64,000 nt of DNA from Naegleria gruberi (taxonomy: Eukaryota), in assembly GCA_000004985.1 (NCBI GenBank), contig GG738893.1; one strand, 5' to 3'. A program made the translations under genes and the position numbers. The notes below the pieces were generated by a model, which did no database searches, was not told where the DNA came from, and saw only the letters and a program-made list of their open reading frames with translations. Of this stretch, positions 12,201-23,909 are shown piece after piece. Each line of letters opens with the position of its first letter. Within the stretch, counting starts at the first letter, position 1.

Positions 12201-14085
12201 NNNNNNNNNNNNNNNNNNNNNNNNNNNNNNNNNNNNNNNNNNNNNNNNNNNNNNNNNNNNNNNNNNNNNNNNNNNNNNNNNNNNNNNNNNNNNNNNNNNN
12301 NNNNNNNNNNNNNNNNNNNNNNNNNNNNNNNNNNNNNNNNNNNNNNNNNNNNNNNNNNNNNNNNNNNNNNNNNNNNNNNNNNNNNNNNNNNNNNNNNNNN
12401 NNNNNNNNNNNNNNNNNNNNNNNNNNNNNNNNNNNNNNNNNNNNNNNNNNNNNNNNNNNNNNNNNNNNNNNNNNNNNNNNNNNNNNNNNNNNNNNNNNNN
12501 NNNNNNNNNNNNNNNNNNNNNNNNNNNNNNNNNNNNNNNNNNNNNNNNNNNNNNNNNNNNNNNNNNNNNNNNNNNNNNNNNNNNNNNNNNNNNNNNNNNN
12601 NNNNNNNNNNNNNNNNNNNNNNNNNNNNNNNNNNNNNNNNNNNNNNNNNNNNNNNNNNNNNNNNNNNNNNNNNNNNNNNNNNNNNNNNNNNNNNNNNNNN
12701 NNNNNNNNNNNNNNNNNNNNNNNNNNNNNNNNNNNNNNNNNNNNNNNNNNNNNNNNNNNNNNNNNNNNNNNNNNNNNNNNNNNNNNNNNNNNNNNNNNNN
12801 NNNNNNNNNNNNNNNNNNNNNNNNNNNNNNNNNNNNNNNNNNNNNNNNNNNNNNNNNNNNNNNNNNNNNNNNNNNNNNNNNNNNNNNNNNNNNNNNNNNN
12901 NNNNNNNNNNNNNNNNNNNNNNNNNNNNNNNNNNNNNNNNNNNNNNNNNNNNNNNNNNNNNNNNNNNNNNNNNNNNNNNNNNNNNNNNNNNNNNNNNNNN
13001 NNNNNNNNNNNNNNNNNNNNNNNNNNNNNNNNNNNNNNNNNNNNNNNNNNNNNNNNNNNNNNNNNNNNNNNNNNNNNNNNNNNNNNNNNNNNNNNNNNNN
13101 NNNNNNNNNNNNNNNNNNNNNNNNNNNNNNNNNNNNNNNNNNNNNNNNNNNNNNNNNNNNNNNNNNNNNNNNNNNNNNNNNNNNNNNNNNNNNNNNNNNN
13201 NNNNNNNNNNNNNNNNNNNNNNNNNNNNNNNNNNNNNNNNNNNNNNNNNNNNNNNNNNNNNNNNNNNNNNNNNNNNNNNNNNNNNNNNNNNNNNNNNNNN
13301 NNNNNNNNNNNNNNNNNNNNNNNNNNNNNNNNNNNNNNNNNNNNNNNNNNNNNNNNNNNNNNNNNNNNNNNNNNNNNNNNNNNNNNNNNNNNNNNNNNNN
13401 NNNNNNNNNNNNNNNNNNNNNNNNNNNNNNNNNNNNNNNNNNNNNNNNNNNNNNNNNNNNNNNNNNNNNNNNNNNNNNNNNNNNNNNNNNNNNNNNNNNN
13501 NNNNNNNNNNNNNNNNNNNNNNNNNNNNNNNNNNNNNNNNNNNNNNNNNNNNNNNNNNNNNNNNNNNNNNNNNNNNNNNNNNNNNNNNNNNNNNNNNNNN
13601 NNNNNNNNNNNNNNNNNNNNNNNNNNNNNNNNNNNNNNNNNNNNNNNNNNNNNNNNNNNNNNNNNNNNNNNNNNNNNNNNNNNNNNNNNNNNNNNNNNNN
13701 NNNNNNNNNNNNNNNNNNNNNNNNNNNNNNNNNNNNNNNNNNNNNNNNNNNNNNNNNNNNNNNNNNNNNNNNNNNNNNNNNNNNNNNNNNNNNNNNNNNN
13801 NNNNNNNNNNNNNNNNNNNNNNNNNNNNNNNNNNNNNNNNNNNNNNNNNNNNNNNNNNNNNNNNNNNNNNNNNNNNNNNNNNNNNNNNNNNNNNNNNNNN
13901 NNNNNNNNNNNNNNNNNNNNNNNNNNNNNNNNNNNNNNNNNNNNNNNNNNNNNNNNNNNNNNNNNNNNNNNNNNNNNNNNNNNNNNNNNNNNNNNNNNNN
14001 NNNNNNNNNNNNNNNNNNNNNNNNNNNNNNNNNNNNNNNNNNNNNNNNNNNNNNNNNNNNNNNNNNNNNNNNNNNNNNNNNNNNN
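9251..14085. other. Assembly gap (4835 N), beginning about 850 bp downstream of the tRNA gene
   Basis: Run of n characters. The short ORFs flanking the gap (8819-9223, 14086-14134) are not convincing coding sequence. Confidence 1.
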
Positions 14086-14851
14086 GATTTGTATCAAGAG
14101 AAAGACATGCAAGAAGTTGTAAATCATCTAGCACGTTATGTGAGAATTGATCAATAAATAATAATCATTATTTACTTAACTATTGTATCGCCCTTAAGTT
14201 GAGTATTAATAATTGATATGATTCATGTTCCAAGTTCCAATTAGATTAATGATAATATCTCAAAGGTACGGAATGAAAAAATTCATAAATTTCAAATTAA
14301 TAATTTCATTGATTATTTATTGTTATCTATTTTAAAAAAGGATATCGATAACATGGCTACAATTATTTTTACAAAATTTCCTTTCTTAAATCTCAAAAAA
14401 AATAGCACAACGTGATAACGTGGAAATTGAATGAATTTTCGGAAGAGTAAAATACTTCGTAATTTGGCGCGTAAGTTTGCTGGTTTGATGATGATGTGTG
14501 GATGATGATGTTATTATTATTATTATTTGGATAACAACATATTCCGATGGTGTGATGATGAATTTTGCATTTAATTTTTCAATAATTAATAATTTAAATG
14601 GTATTGTTATCGTATGATAATTCATTGGGTGATGATAAATAGCAAATACACCTGCTTCTTGGATGAGTTCTACTGATAGAGTAAATATTGACGTTTCTTC
14701 TTCATCTCCTACATTACAACATCAAGAAAACATTGCAAATATGGTTGATTACGTATTGACAGTTCTGAGTGGACTTTTAATTATATCTAGCTTGTATGTT
14801 GTGTTTTGAAAATGGATTTTGAGTTTAACAATAATTTGCAGATTGTTATCC

Positions 14852-15653
14852 ATGGTTGAATATAATAATGATTATGTGGATGTTTGTTTAGTGGATAGAT
14901 TTGAGAAAAAAGAACAAGTAGTTTCAAACGCAATTTATTTGAAAAAGACCTTTTTATTTCCTTCCTTCTTAGTATTAACATTATTCGGAATAGTTATAAC
15001 TTTAATTTATTCATATAAGAAACAATACTCTCCTTCTACTCATTGCAGAAATTGGAAAGAAACTTTAAGAGCAATTTTACAATTTTCATCATGGTATTAT
15101 TGCTCATATTCTGTAGTAATATTCTTGAAATTATATATTGGAGATCATACTTGTAATATTCATCCTAATTCTGTTTCTGGCCATTACAATTTTATATTAT
15201 TCTCAGTCTTTGCTTTTTATATATTACTCAAAATGGTTGGATGGAATGACTGGAAATCCACGGCGTTCTACTATTTATACGTATTGGTTGGGGTTGCTAT
15301 CATGTTGGATACCTTTGTATTTGGATATCACACATTTAGGTAAGGATTAAATAGAATATTGAAAATTTATTGAACTATTTACAAAGACAATGTATTTATG
15401 GGGCTGCTCTTGCTCTTGTTTCAGTTTATTCCATTACTAAAGTAATGATAATTGCCAGAAAACAAAACTTTAGCTTGTTGGTATTGTTGTTAAACATTAG
15501 CTTTTTAAGTTTGAGCTTTTTCACTAGATATTCATGGGAAAGTTATAGCCAAGTAGATGAAAAATCTGAAAAGAGAAGCATGTTCAACGTTTACTTACCA
15601 GGAATGGTTGCGATTGGCGTCCTTTTATTGTCAGAAACCTATGTTGGCTCTAC
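14852..15653 (+). CDS. Multi-pass membrane protein, partial (runs into the gap). Exon 1 is 14852-15339, a 47-nt intron lies at 15340-15386 (GTAAGG...AAAG), and exon 2 starts at 15387
   Basis: ATG at 14852 (MVEYNNDYVDV...). Several hydrophobic helices. The donor AG|GTAAGG and an acceptor restoring the frame (AG+A=AGA) give ...GYHTFR|QCIYGAALALVSV... Family not recognised. Confidence 0.5.
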
Positions 15654-18600
15654 NNNNNNNNNNNNNNNNNNNNNNNNNNNNNNNNNNNNNNNNNNNNNNN
15701 NNNNNNNNNNNNNNNNNNNNNNNNNNNNNNNNNNNNNNNNNNNNNNNNNNNNNNNNNNNNNNNNNNNNNNNNNNNNNNNNNNNNNNNNNNNNNNNNNNNN
15801 NNNNNNNNNNNNNNNNNNNNNNNNNNNNNNNNNNNNNNNNNNNNNNNNNNNNNNNNNNNNNNNNNNNNNNNNNNNNNNNNNNNNNNNNNNNNNNNNNNNN
15901 NNNNNNNNNNNNNNNNNNNNNNNNNNNNNNNNNNNNNNNNNNNNNNNNNNNNNNNNNNNNNNNNNNNNNNNNNNNNNNNNNNNNNNNNNNNNNNNNNNNN
16001 NNNNNNNNNNNNNNNNNNNNNNNNNNNNNNNNNNNNNNNNNNNNNNNNNNNNNNNNNNNNNNNNNNNNNNNNNNNNNNNNNNNNNNNNNNNNNNNNNNNN
16101 NNNNNNNNNNNNNNNNNNNNNNNNNNNNNNNNNNNNNNNNNNNNNNNNNNNNNNNNNNNNNNNNNNNNNNNNNNNNNNNNNNNNNNNNNNNNNNNNNNNN
16201 NNNNNNNNNNNNNNNNNNNNNNNNNNNNNNNNNNNNNNNNNNNNNNNNNNNNNNNNNNNNNNNNNNNNNNNNNNNNNNNNNNNNNNNNNNNNNNNNNNNN
16301 NNNNNNNNNNNNNNNNNNNNNNNNNNNNNNNNNNNNNNNNNNNNNNNNNNNNNNNNNNNNNNNNNNNNNNNNNNNNNNNNNNNNNNNNNNNNNNNNNNNN
16401 NNNNNNNNNNNNNNNNNNNNNNNNNNNNNNNNNNNNNNNNNNNNNNNNNNNNNNNNNNNNNNNNNNNNNNNNNNNNNNNNNNNNNNNNNNNNNNNNNNNN
16501 NNNNNNNNNNNNNNNNNNNNNNNNNNNNNNNNNNNNNNNNNNNNNNNNNNNNNNNNNNNNNNNNNNNNNNNNNNNNNNNNNNNNNNNNNNNNNNNNNNNN
16601 NNNNNNNNNNNNNNNNNNNNNNNNNNNNNNNNNNNNNNNNNNNNNNNNNNNNNNNNNNNNNNNNNNNNNNNNNNNNNNNNNNNNNNNNNNNNNNNNNNNN
16701 NNNNNNNNNNNNNNNNNNNNNNNNNNNNNNNNNNNNNNNNNNNNNNNNNNNNNNNNNNNNNNNNNNNNNNNNNNNNNNNNNNNNNNNNNNNNNNNNNNNN
16801 NNNNNNNNNNNNNNNNNNNNNNNNNNNNNNNNNNNNNNNNNNNNNNNNNNNNNNNNNNNNNNNNNNNNNNNNNNNNNNNNNNNNNNNNNNNNNNNNNNNN
16901 NNNNNNNNNNNNNNNNNNNNNNNNNNNNNNNNNNNNNNNNNNNNNNNNNNNNNNNNNNNNNNNNNNNNNNNNNNNNNNNNNNNNNNNNNNNNNNNNNNNN
17001 NNNNNNNNNNNNNNNNNNNNNNNNNNNNNNNNNNNNNNNNNNNNNNNNNNNNNNNNNNNNNNNNNNNNNNNNNNNNNNNNNNNNNNNNNNNNNNNNNNNN
17101 NNNNNNNNNNNNNNNNNNNNNNNNNNNNNNNNNNNNNNNNNNNNNNNNNNNNNNNNNNNNNNNNNNNNNNNNNNNNNNNNNNNNNNNNNNNNNNNNNNNN
17201 NNNNNNNNNNNNNNNNNNNNNNNNNNNNNNNNNNNNNNNNNNNNNNNNNNNNNNNNNNNNNNNNNNNNNNNNNNNNNNNNNNNNNNNNNNNNNNNNNNNN
17301 NNNNNNNNNNNNNNNNNNNNNNNNNNNNNNNNNNNNNNNNNNNNNNNNNNNNNNNNNNNNNNNNNNNNNNNNNNNNNNNNNNNNNNNNNNNNNNNNNNNN
17401 NNNNNNNNNNNNNNNNNNNNNNNNNNNNNNNNNNNNNNNNNNNNNNNNNNNNNNNNNNNNNNNNNNNNNNNNNNNNNNNNNNNNNNNNNNNNNNNNNNNN
17501 NNNNNNNNNNNNNNNNNNNNNNNNNNNNNNNNNNNNNNNNNNNNNNNNNNNNNNNNNNNNNNNNNNNNNNNNNNNNNNNNNNNNNNNNNNNNNNNNNNNN
17601 NNNNNNNNNNNNNNNNNNNNNNNNNNNNNNNNNNNNNNNNNNNNNNNNNNNNNNNNNNNNNNNNNNNNNNNNNNNNNNNNNNNNNNNNNNNNNNNNNNNN
17701 NNNNNNNNNNNNNNNNNNNNNNNNNNNNNNNNNNNNNNNNNNNNNNNNNNNNNNNNNNNNNNNNNNNNNNNNNNNNNNNNNNNNNNNNNNNNNNNNNNNN
17801 NNNNNNNNNNNNNNNNNNNNNNNNNNNNNNNNNNNNNNNNNNNNNNNNNNNNNNNNNNNNNNNNNNNNNNNNNNNNNNNNNNNNNNNNNNNNNNNNNNNN
17901 NNNNNNNNNNNNNNNNNNNNNNNNNNNNNNNNNNNNNNNNNNNNNNNNNNNNNNNNNNNNNNNNNNNNNNNNNNNNNNNNNNNNNNNNNNNNNNNNNNNN
18001 NNNNNNNNNNNNNNNNNNNNNNNNNNNNNNNNNNNNNNNNNNNNNNNNNNNNNNNNNNNNNNNNNNNNNNNNNNNNNNNNNNNNNNNNNNNNNNNNNNNN
18101 NNNNNNNNNNNNNNNNNNNNNNNNNNNNNNNNNNNNNNNNNNNNNNNNNNNNNNNNNNNNNNNNNNNNNNNNNNNNNNNNNNNNNNNNNNNNNNNNNNNN
18201 NNNNNNNNNNNNNNNNNNNNNNNNNNNNNNNNNNNNNNNNNNNNNNNNNNNNNNNNNNNNNNNNNNNNNNNNNNNNNNNNNNNNNNNNNNNNNNNNNNNN
18301 NNNNNNNNNNNNNNNNNNNNNNNNNNNNNNNNNNNNNNNNNNNNNNNNNNNNNNNNNNNNNNNNNNNNNNNNNNNNNNNNNNNNNNNNNNNNNNNNNNNN
18401 NNNNNNNNNNNNNNNNNNNNNNNNNNNNNNNNNNNNNNNNNNNNNNNNNNNNNNNNNNNNNNNNNNNNNNNNNNNNNNNNNNNNNNNNNNNNNNNNNNNN
18501 NNNNNNNNNNNNNNNNNNNNNNNNNNNNNNNNNNNNNNNNNNNNNNNNNNNNNNNNNNNNNNNNNNNNNNNNNNNNNNNNNNNNNNNNNNNNNNNNNNNN

Positions 18601-18860
18601 NNNNNNNNNNNNNNNNNNNNNNNNNNNNNNNNNNNNNNNNNNNNNNNNNNNNNNNNNNNNNNNNNNNNNNNNNNNNNNNNNNNNNNNNNNNNNNNNNNNN
18701 NNNNNNNNNNNNNNNNNNNNNNNNNNNNNNNNNNNNNNNNNNNNNNNNNNNNNNNNNNNNNNNNNNNNNNNNNNNNNNNNNNNNNNNNNNNNNNNNNNNN
18801 NNNNNNNNNNNNNNNNNNNNNNNNNNNNNNNNNNNNNNNNNNNNNNNNNNNNNNNNNNNN
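15654..18860. other. Assembly gap (3207 N) immediately upstream of the retrotransposon 5' region
   Basis: Run of n characters. Confidence 1.
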
Positions 18861-19169
18861 TTTGCGAAAATGCCTCAACATTACCACCCTCCGGATACGG
18901 AAGGGAGTACTCTGCTCGCTAACAGAATCTTTGTGTTGGAGAGAGCATTAGAAACCTCCCAAAAGGAAAACACATGTCTCCGGGAATCTATTCAAAATTT
19001 TGTAAATATCTAAAATGACTCTGACTATAAGCAATATTTTAATATTTTTAATGAATGTGTTGTTGATAGGAAATTTGTATTAGAATGTTTCCCATCTCCA
19101 GCAATCTTTACTCCAAAACCTCTTGCTTTATGTCATTCTACTAGTTCCAAAAATATTCATTATAGACTA

Positions 19170-19736
19170 TTGGAAAAAATTATTGAATATTATATTATTG
19201 AAAAGGGAATTAATGTTGAAGGATTATATACCAACTATTCCCATAAACAATATATTACTAGAATATCATTTGATAATGAGAAAACGTGCTCTGAACTTGC
19301 TTCAGCTCTTGATTTACAACACTATAAAACAGTAGAGCAAATCAGAAGTGAAACAAAAGAGACAACATCTCAATGCACATTCCCTATTCAATTTACTGAT
19401 AACGAGATTACAAATGGAATTGCTCGTGTTTACTCTAGAATGGATATTCAACTTGTATTGAACAATTTAAAAATATCAGATGCAACTAATCACTCTGGTA
19501 CTTCAAAATATAAATTAGTTAAATTATCACACACAGATAAGGATGAAATGGATGAATTTTGTAAGAAAAATATTTCTCTTATTGATAAGCACAAAAACCA
19601 TTTCAATTTCTATTTCAAACCTTCTATTGAGATTTTAGATCTTAAAATAGAACAGAAAAATAGATTATTTCCTTATTTACCTACTATTAATTCTACTAAT
19701 AATATTGCAACAACTAAATCAGTTGCTAAAACAACA

Positions 19737-19769
<33 letters not shown>

Positions 19770-20012
19770 AAGAATAATAATAATAATATTAATAATAATA
19801 ATAATAATGAAAATAATCTGTTAATATTACTCACCAAAGCTTTTTCAAGCCTTGTTGTAGGATTGGCAAATAATAATGTAATTCCATTAGATAATAACTT
19901 AATGGAAATTGTCAATATTACTAATAATATAAATAATGTAAATAATACTAACTCTGTAATGATAGATGATGATTTGATTTCAACATCATCTAATGAATCT
20001 ACTCAACCTTGA
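19170..20012 (+). CDS. Retrotransposon ORF1 (280 aa, Asn-rich; probably 5'-truncated or degenerate since there is no ATG before residue 90)
   Basis: ORF track. The frame is open upstream to 19014 without an ATG. The ORF ends with TGA overlapping the ORF2 start. Confidence 0.55.
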
Positions 20013-23000
20013 GTGGAACTACCACTAGTTTAAGACTTGCATGCTACAATGTTAACGGTCTATACAAGCATGCAGTCCATAAATCTGTAACTCAAGAATT
20101 GAAATCTATGTGTTTAACACATGGAGTTCATATGATGAGTATTACAGAAACACACGTTAACACTACTGAATTAGAAATTAAAGTTAGAAATTCTGGTTCA
20201 GGTTATTTATTATTTAACTCCCTTATGGGTCGATCTAAAGGCTGTAAAGGAACAGCAGTTATGCACTTTTTAAATAATCATAGAAAGCGTAACATTACCA
20301 ATAATAATTTAGTACCTGGAATCTTACAATGGACAAGATTTGAAAGCAGGGGAATTCCAATTAATTTATTTACTATTTATTTAAGTGGCAGATCAGATGA
20401 TTATGAAAATGATCAAGAAGCCATTAACAGTTTTATCAATGCTGTTTTAACATGTAAAGATGAACATATTATTTTAAGTGGGGATCTTAATATTGATACT
20501 CAAAACCCCACTACTACAAGAGAAAAGGATTGGATTTGGATTCTTGAAATGTTAAAATTGACAGAATTCAAAACACCAAATTATACATGGATTAGACGAA
20601 GTCAGGGAACTTTAATTAGATCTAGACCTGACCATATCTTTGTCTCAAAGAATATTAGAGTGGTAAAGGAAGTAATTATGACACCTTTGACCACTAATGA
20701 TCATGTCCCTTTTTATTTAGATTTAGAATTTAAATCTAATCTTACTTGGAGAACTTACTTTAGTAAGAATAAGAGGAAAAGAATGTACGAAGCAATTAAT
20801 AAGTGTAAAATTGACAATTTTCAAGAGCTGAATCAAGCAATTGAGGCTCAAATAATTAAATATGGATCCAAAGTAGATAGATTAGGAGTTGGAAGAATTT
20901 CTACAGCATTTAAAGAAGAAATTCAAGATTTAGAGGATGAAATATTATCTAAAATTAATAACCCTAATATTCCTCAATCAGAAATACAAGAACTACAAAC
21001 ACTCCTAAAAGAAACACATATTAATAATGCAAAAGAGATTAAGGAAAAACTTATAGATGAATTTAATGATAACTCTTCATCTAGAATGTATCAATTTGAT
21101 AAAATGATACACTCTAACCAAATTATGTGGAAAGACCTTAACTTTGAAGAAGAAGAAATAGTGGATTACTTTACAAACAAATTTACCTCCACTAATCAAC
21201 AACCAACATTCACACCAAGTAATTCAACTATCAAAGAAGGTCCAGATTGGAGCAATTCGATTCATATTAAAGAGCTACAAGATGCTCTCAAACGAATGAA
21301 ATCAAACACTTCTGGGCCTGATCTAATCTCACTTGATATAATTAAACATCTTACAGAAGCTAATCAAGGAATCCTCTTAGAAGAATATAATAGATGTTTA
21401 AGAGATGGTGATATTCCACAAAATTGGAAACAAGGATGGGTAAAACTCATTCCTAAAAGAGAAATTAATACCTTAAGTGATATTCGCCCAATTACTATTT
21501 TACCAATATTTTACAGAATATTATTTAATATTATAGCATTTAGATTGAGATCTTGGGCATCAACTCATATTAATGTTAGACAACAAGCATTTATTACAGA
21601 CAGAAATACTTTGAATCATGGTGTATTACTCTCTGCCTTAGCAATGAAAACAAGGAAAAGGACTTTTATTTTAGTGAATTTAGATATAGAAGGGGCGTAT
21701 GATGCAGTCGAATTACCTGTCATCAAAATGGCCCTAGACCACTGCAAATACCCTTCAGAACTTACTCAATTCATTTTAAATGCTTATGCTAACCATGAAC
21801 TTCAATTAGAAATTGATAATCATCTCTCTGATAAATTTAAGAAAACAAGAGGAATACCACAAGGCTGTCCACTGGCCCCTCTTATTTACGATTGTATTAC
21901 CCAATTAATAATTGACAAAGCAATTGATAAGTGGAAGATACCAATCAAACCAGGCAAACTATGTGCAAATGATATTGCACTCTGCTGTTTTGCTGATGAT
22001 ATGAATGTTGTATGTGACAGATATGCCAAATATAATGAGAGACTAGACAATATTCATGATTGGTTACATCAATTATTATTTAAATTGAATGCTAAGAAAT
22101 CAGTAGCAACTCTATTACCTAAAAAGAGCACAGTCTCACCTAAAATCAAAGGTACTCCAGTACCTAAACAGAAAAACCTTAGAGTACTTGGCCATTACCC
22201 TTGGGATGATACTTTGGTAACACAAGACATCCAATCCAAGATAGACAAATTCACAAAATCATTAAGATTTTTACCATTATTCAAATTACAACCAACAAAC
22301 CTTAAAATAATTATGCATGCTAAAGCAATCAGCTTATTCACCCACCTCTCAAAAATCAATATAATCCCTTTAAAGAAAGCTCAGGAAATAGATCGTGCAA
22401 TTAGAGGTGCAATCAGACGTAAATTATTAATGGACAGAGCAACTCCAACAAGTTTCTTTCACCTGCCATTAGAAGAAGGTGGATTACCATCAATTGAGGA
22501 ATTCTCTGAAAGAATGAATTTAAGAACTATGAATTTAATCGCCAATAATAAGAATAAGTTAATAAGAAAAGCTTGTGAGGAAACTAAAGATAATATTTAT
22601 GCTAAATGGTTATCTGTACTTAAAGAATATAATCTCACATTTGTGCAGAATGATACGAAATTTAGAATAGCCAAAATTAAAACAGGAAATAGTTTCGATA
22701 TCCATACAGATGGATCTAGAATTAATCAAAAGACAGGAATGGGTATTAATATTTATGATACCTCAAATAGATCAGTTCCTTGTAAAACTTTATCCCTCGA
22801 ATCAATGATCATTATTCAAATAATATAGCCGAAATATGCTCCATAATAACTTCTATTAATGTAATCCCACGAAACTCTAAAGTTACCATTCATACTGATA
22901 GTGAAGTTGCAATAGAAGTTCTCAAAGATAGATACAAAGGAGATTTTCTAACATTAAAAGAAGCCTTCTTTAGAACAATCAAAAATAGAAAAATAGAATA

Positions 23001-23667
23001 TGAAATTAAGAAAGTTGAAGCACACAAAGATAGCGAGAATATCAAGGTTGATTTAATAGCAAAGAATGCTACAACCAGAGATGATATTTTTGATATTTGT
23101 AATTTACTCAAGAATCAACACCTCCTTGTTAAGGATGGTGTTGTCATCTTCAATCATAAGAAGATGACCATAACAAGACATTTAAGTGTAAGACATAATA
23201 AGATGAATGAAAACCCTAACTTTATTCTAAACCAAAGTTGGGATTCTCTTAATGTGCAATACCTTAAAACTCGTCTTACTCCTAAAACTAAATACTTTAT
23301 ATGGAGAAATTCCATCAATGCCCATATCAATTTTGGTAAGGGTAAAAGTTTCTGTTACGATTGTGGTACAGAATCTGATTTATTCCATTACATTCATGAG
23401 TGCCCTGGCTTGGATAGTGCCAGGTATTTTTGTCAGTCAAAGATATCTGATATTCTTGAAGGGAGAGAGTGCTTACTTTCTCATTTTCAATTCAAACCAG
23501 AAAAGCATCACCATGCATTACATTTCCATCATAACGGAATCACCTCTTTCGAAGATGGATACATGCAATTCCATAAAGACATCGCTAAGAAGTGGCCAGA
23601 GATCCAAGGTGCCATTTCTAACTTCGTCGGCCGTTCCTATTCTAACTATTATATTGACTCCAAATAA
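20009..23667 (+). CDS. Retrotransposon ORF2: APE endonuclease, reverse transcriptase, RNase H and a Cys/His zinc-binding domain. One frameshift near 22800 splits it into 20009-22828 and a continuation in another frame to 23667
   Basis: The RNase H motif is interrupted: ...IHTDGSRINQKTGMGINIYD...KTLSLE sits in one frame and NDHYSNNIAEICSIITSINVIPRNSKVTIHTDSEVA... in the frame shared with ORF 23164-23667. Confidence 0.8.
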
Positions 23668-23909
23668 TTTATATAACCTATGAGAATCTGAATAGATTCG
23701 TTATTGTCGTAATAAAAGATTTTTTTACGAGCAATGGATTGGAGTTTTTACCGATTTTTTCCTGCAATGCAGGTTTTTTATAGGAGTTGTTCTACTTCAA
23801 TCTCGATTTTGTAAACAACTTTATTAACTCGGGTTCTCTTCCAATCCGTGGTGTTCCGTTTGGTTAAAACAATGTTGTGAAATTCAATCAATCTAACAAC
23901 TACAATTGT

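Larger units (their letters stand above)
19014..23667 (+). mobile_element. Non-LTR (L1/TRE-like) retrotransposon copy with overlapping ORF1 and ORF2. It is decayed: ORF1 has no in-frame ATG and ORF2 has a frameshift in the RNase H domain. The 5' end may extend into the gap; the 3' UTR extends to about 23.9 kb and has no poly-A
   Basis: ORF1 is 19170-20012 (Asn-rich, open from 19014). ORF2 begins at 20009, overlapping the ORF1 stop. ORF2 has an N-terminal AP-endonuclease-like domain (LRLACYNVNGL...), an RT domain (PILPIFYRILFNII..., FADDMNVVC as the YXDD box), RNase H (IHTDGS...SNNIAEICSIIT...VEAHKD) and a C-terminal Cys/His motif (CYDCGTESDLFHYIHEC). Confidence 0.8.

Noticed and set aside
1959-14150. 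Very long ORF-track entries (1959-7115, 2003-8227, 8987-14134, 9121-14127, 9171-14150; also 15370-18951, 15557-18922, 15639-18887) made mostly of X
   Set aside because: They read through runs of N (assembly gaps). Only the real-sequence tail 7110-8227 and the head 14852-15653 look coding.
18861-18990. GC-richer patch after the gap (TCTGCTCGCT...GGAGAGAGCATTAG) with faint U6 snRNA resemblance
   Set aside because: It lacks the invariant ACAGAGA and AGC elements of U6. It is more likely the 5' UTR or internal-promoter region of the adjacent retrotransposon.
19673-19915. Leu-rich ORF on the minus strand inside retrotransposon ORF1
   Set aside because: It is the antisense translation of the (AAT)n Asn-run. 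It is a shadow ORF.
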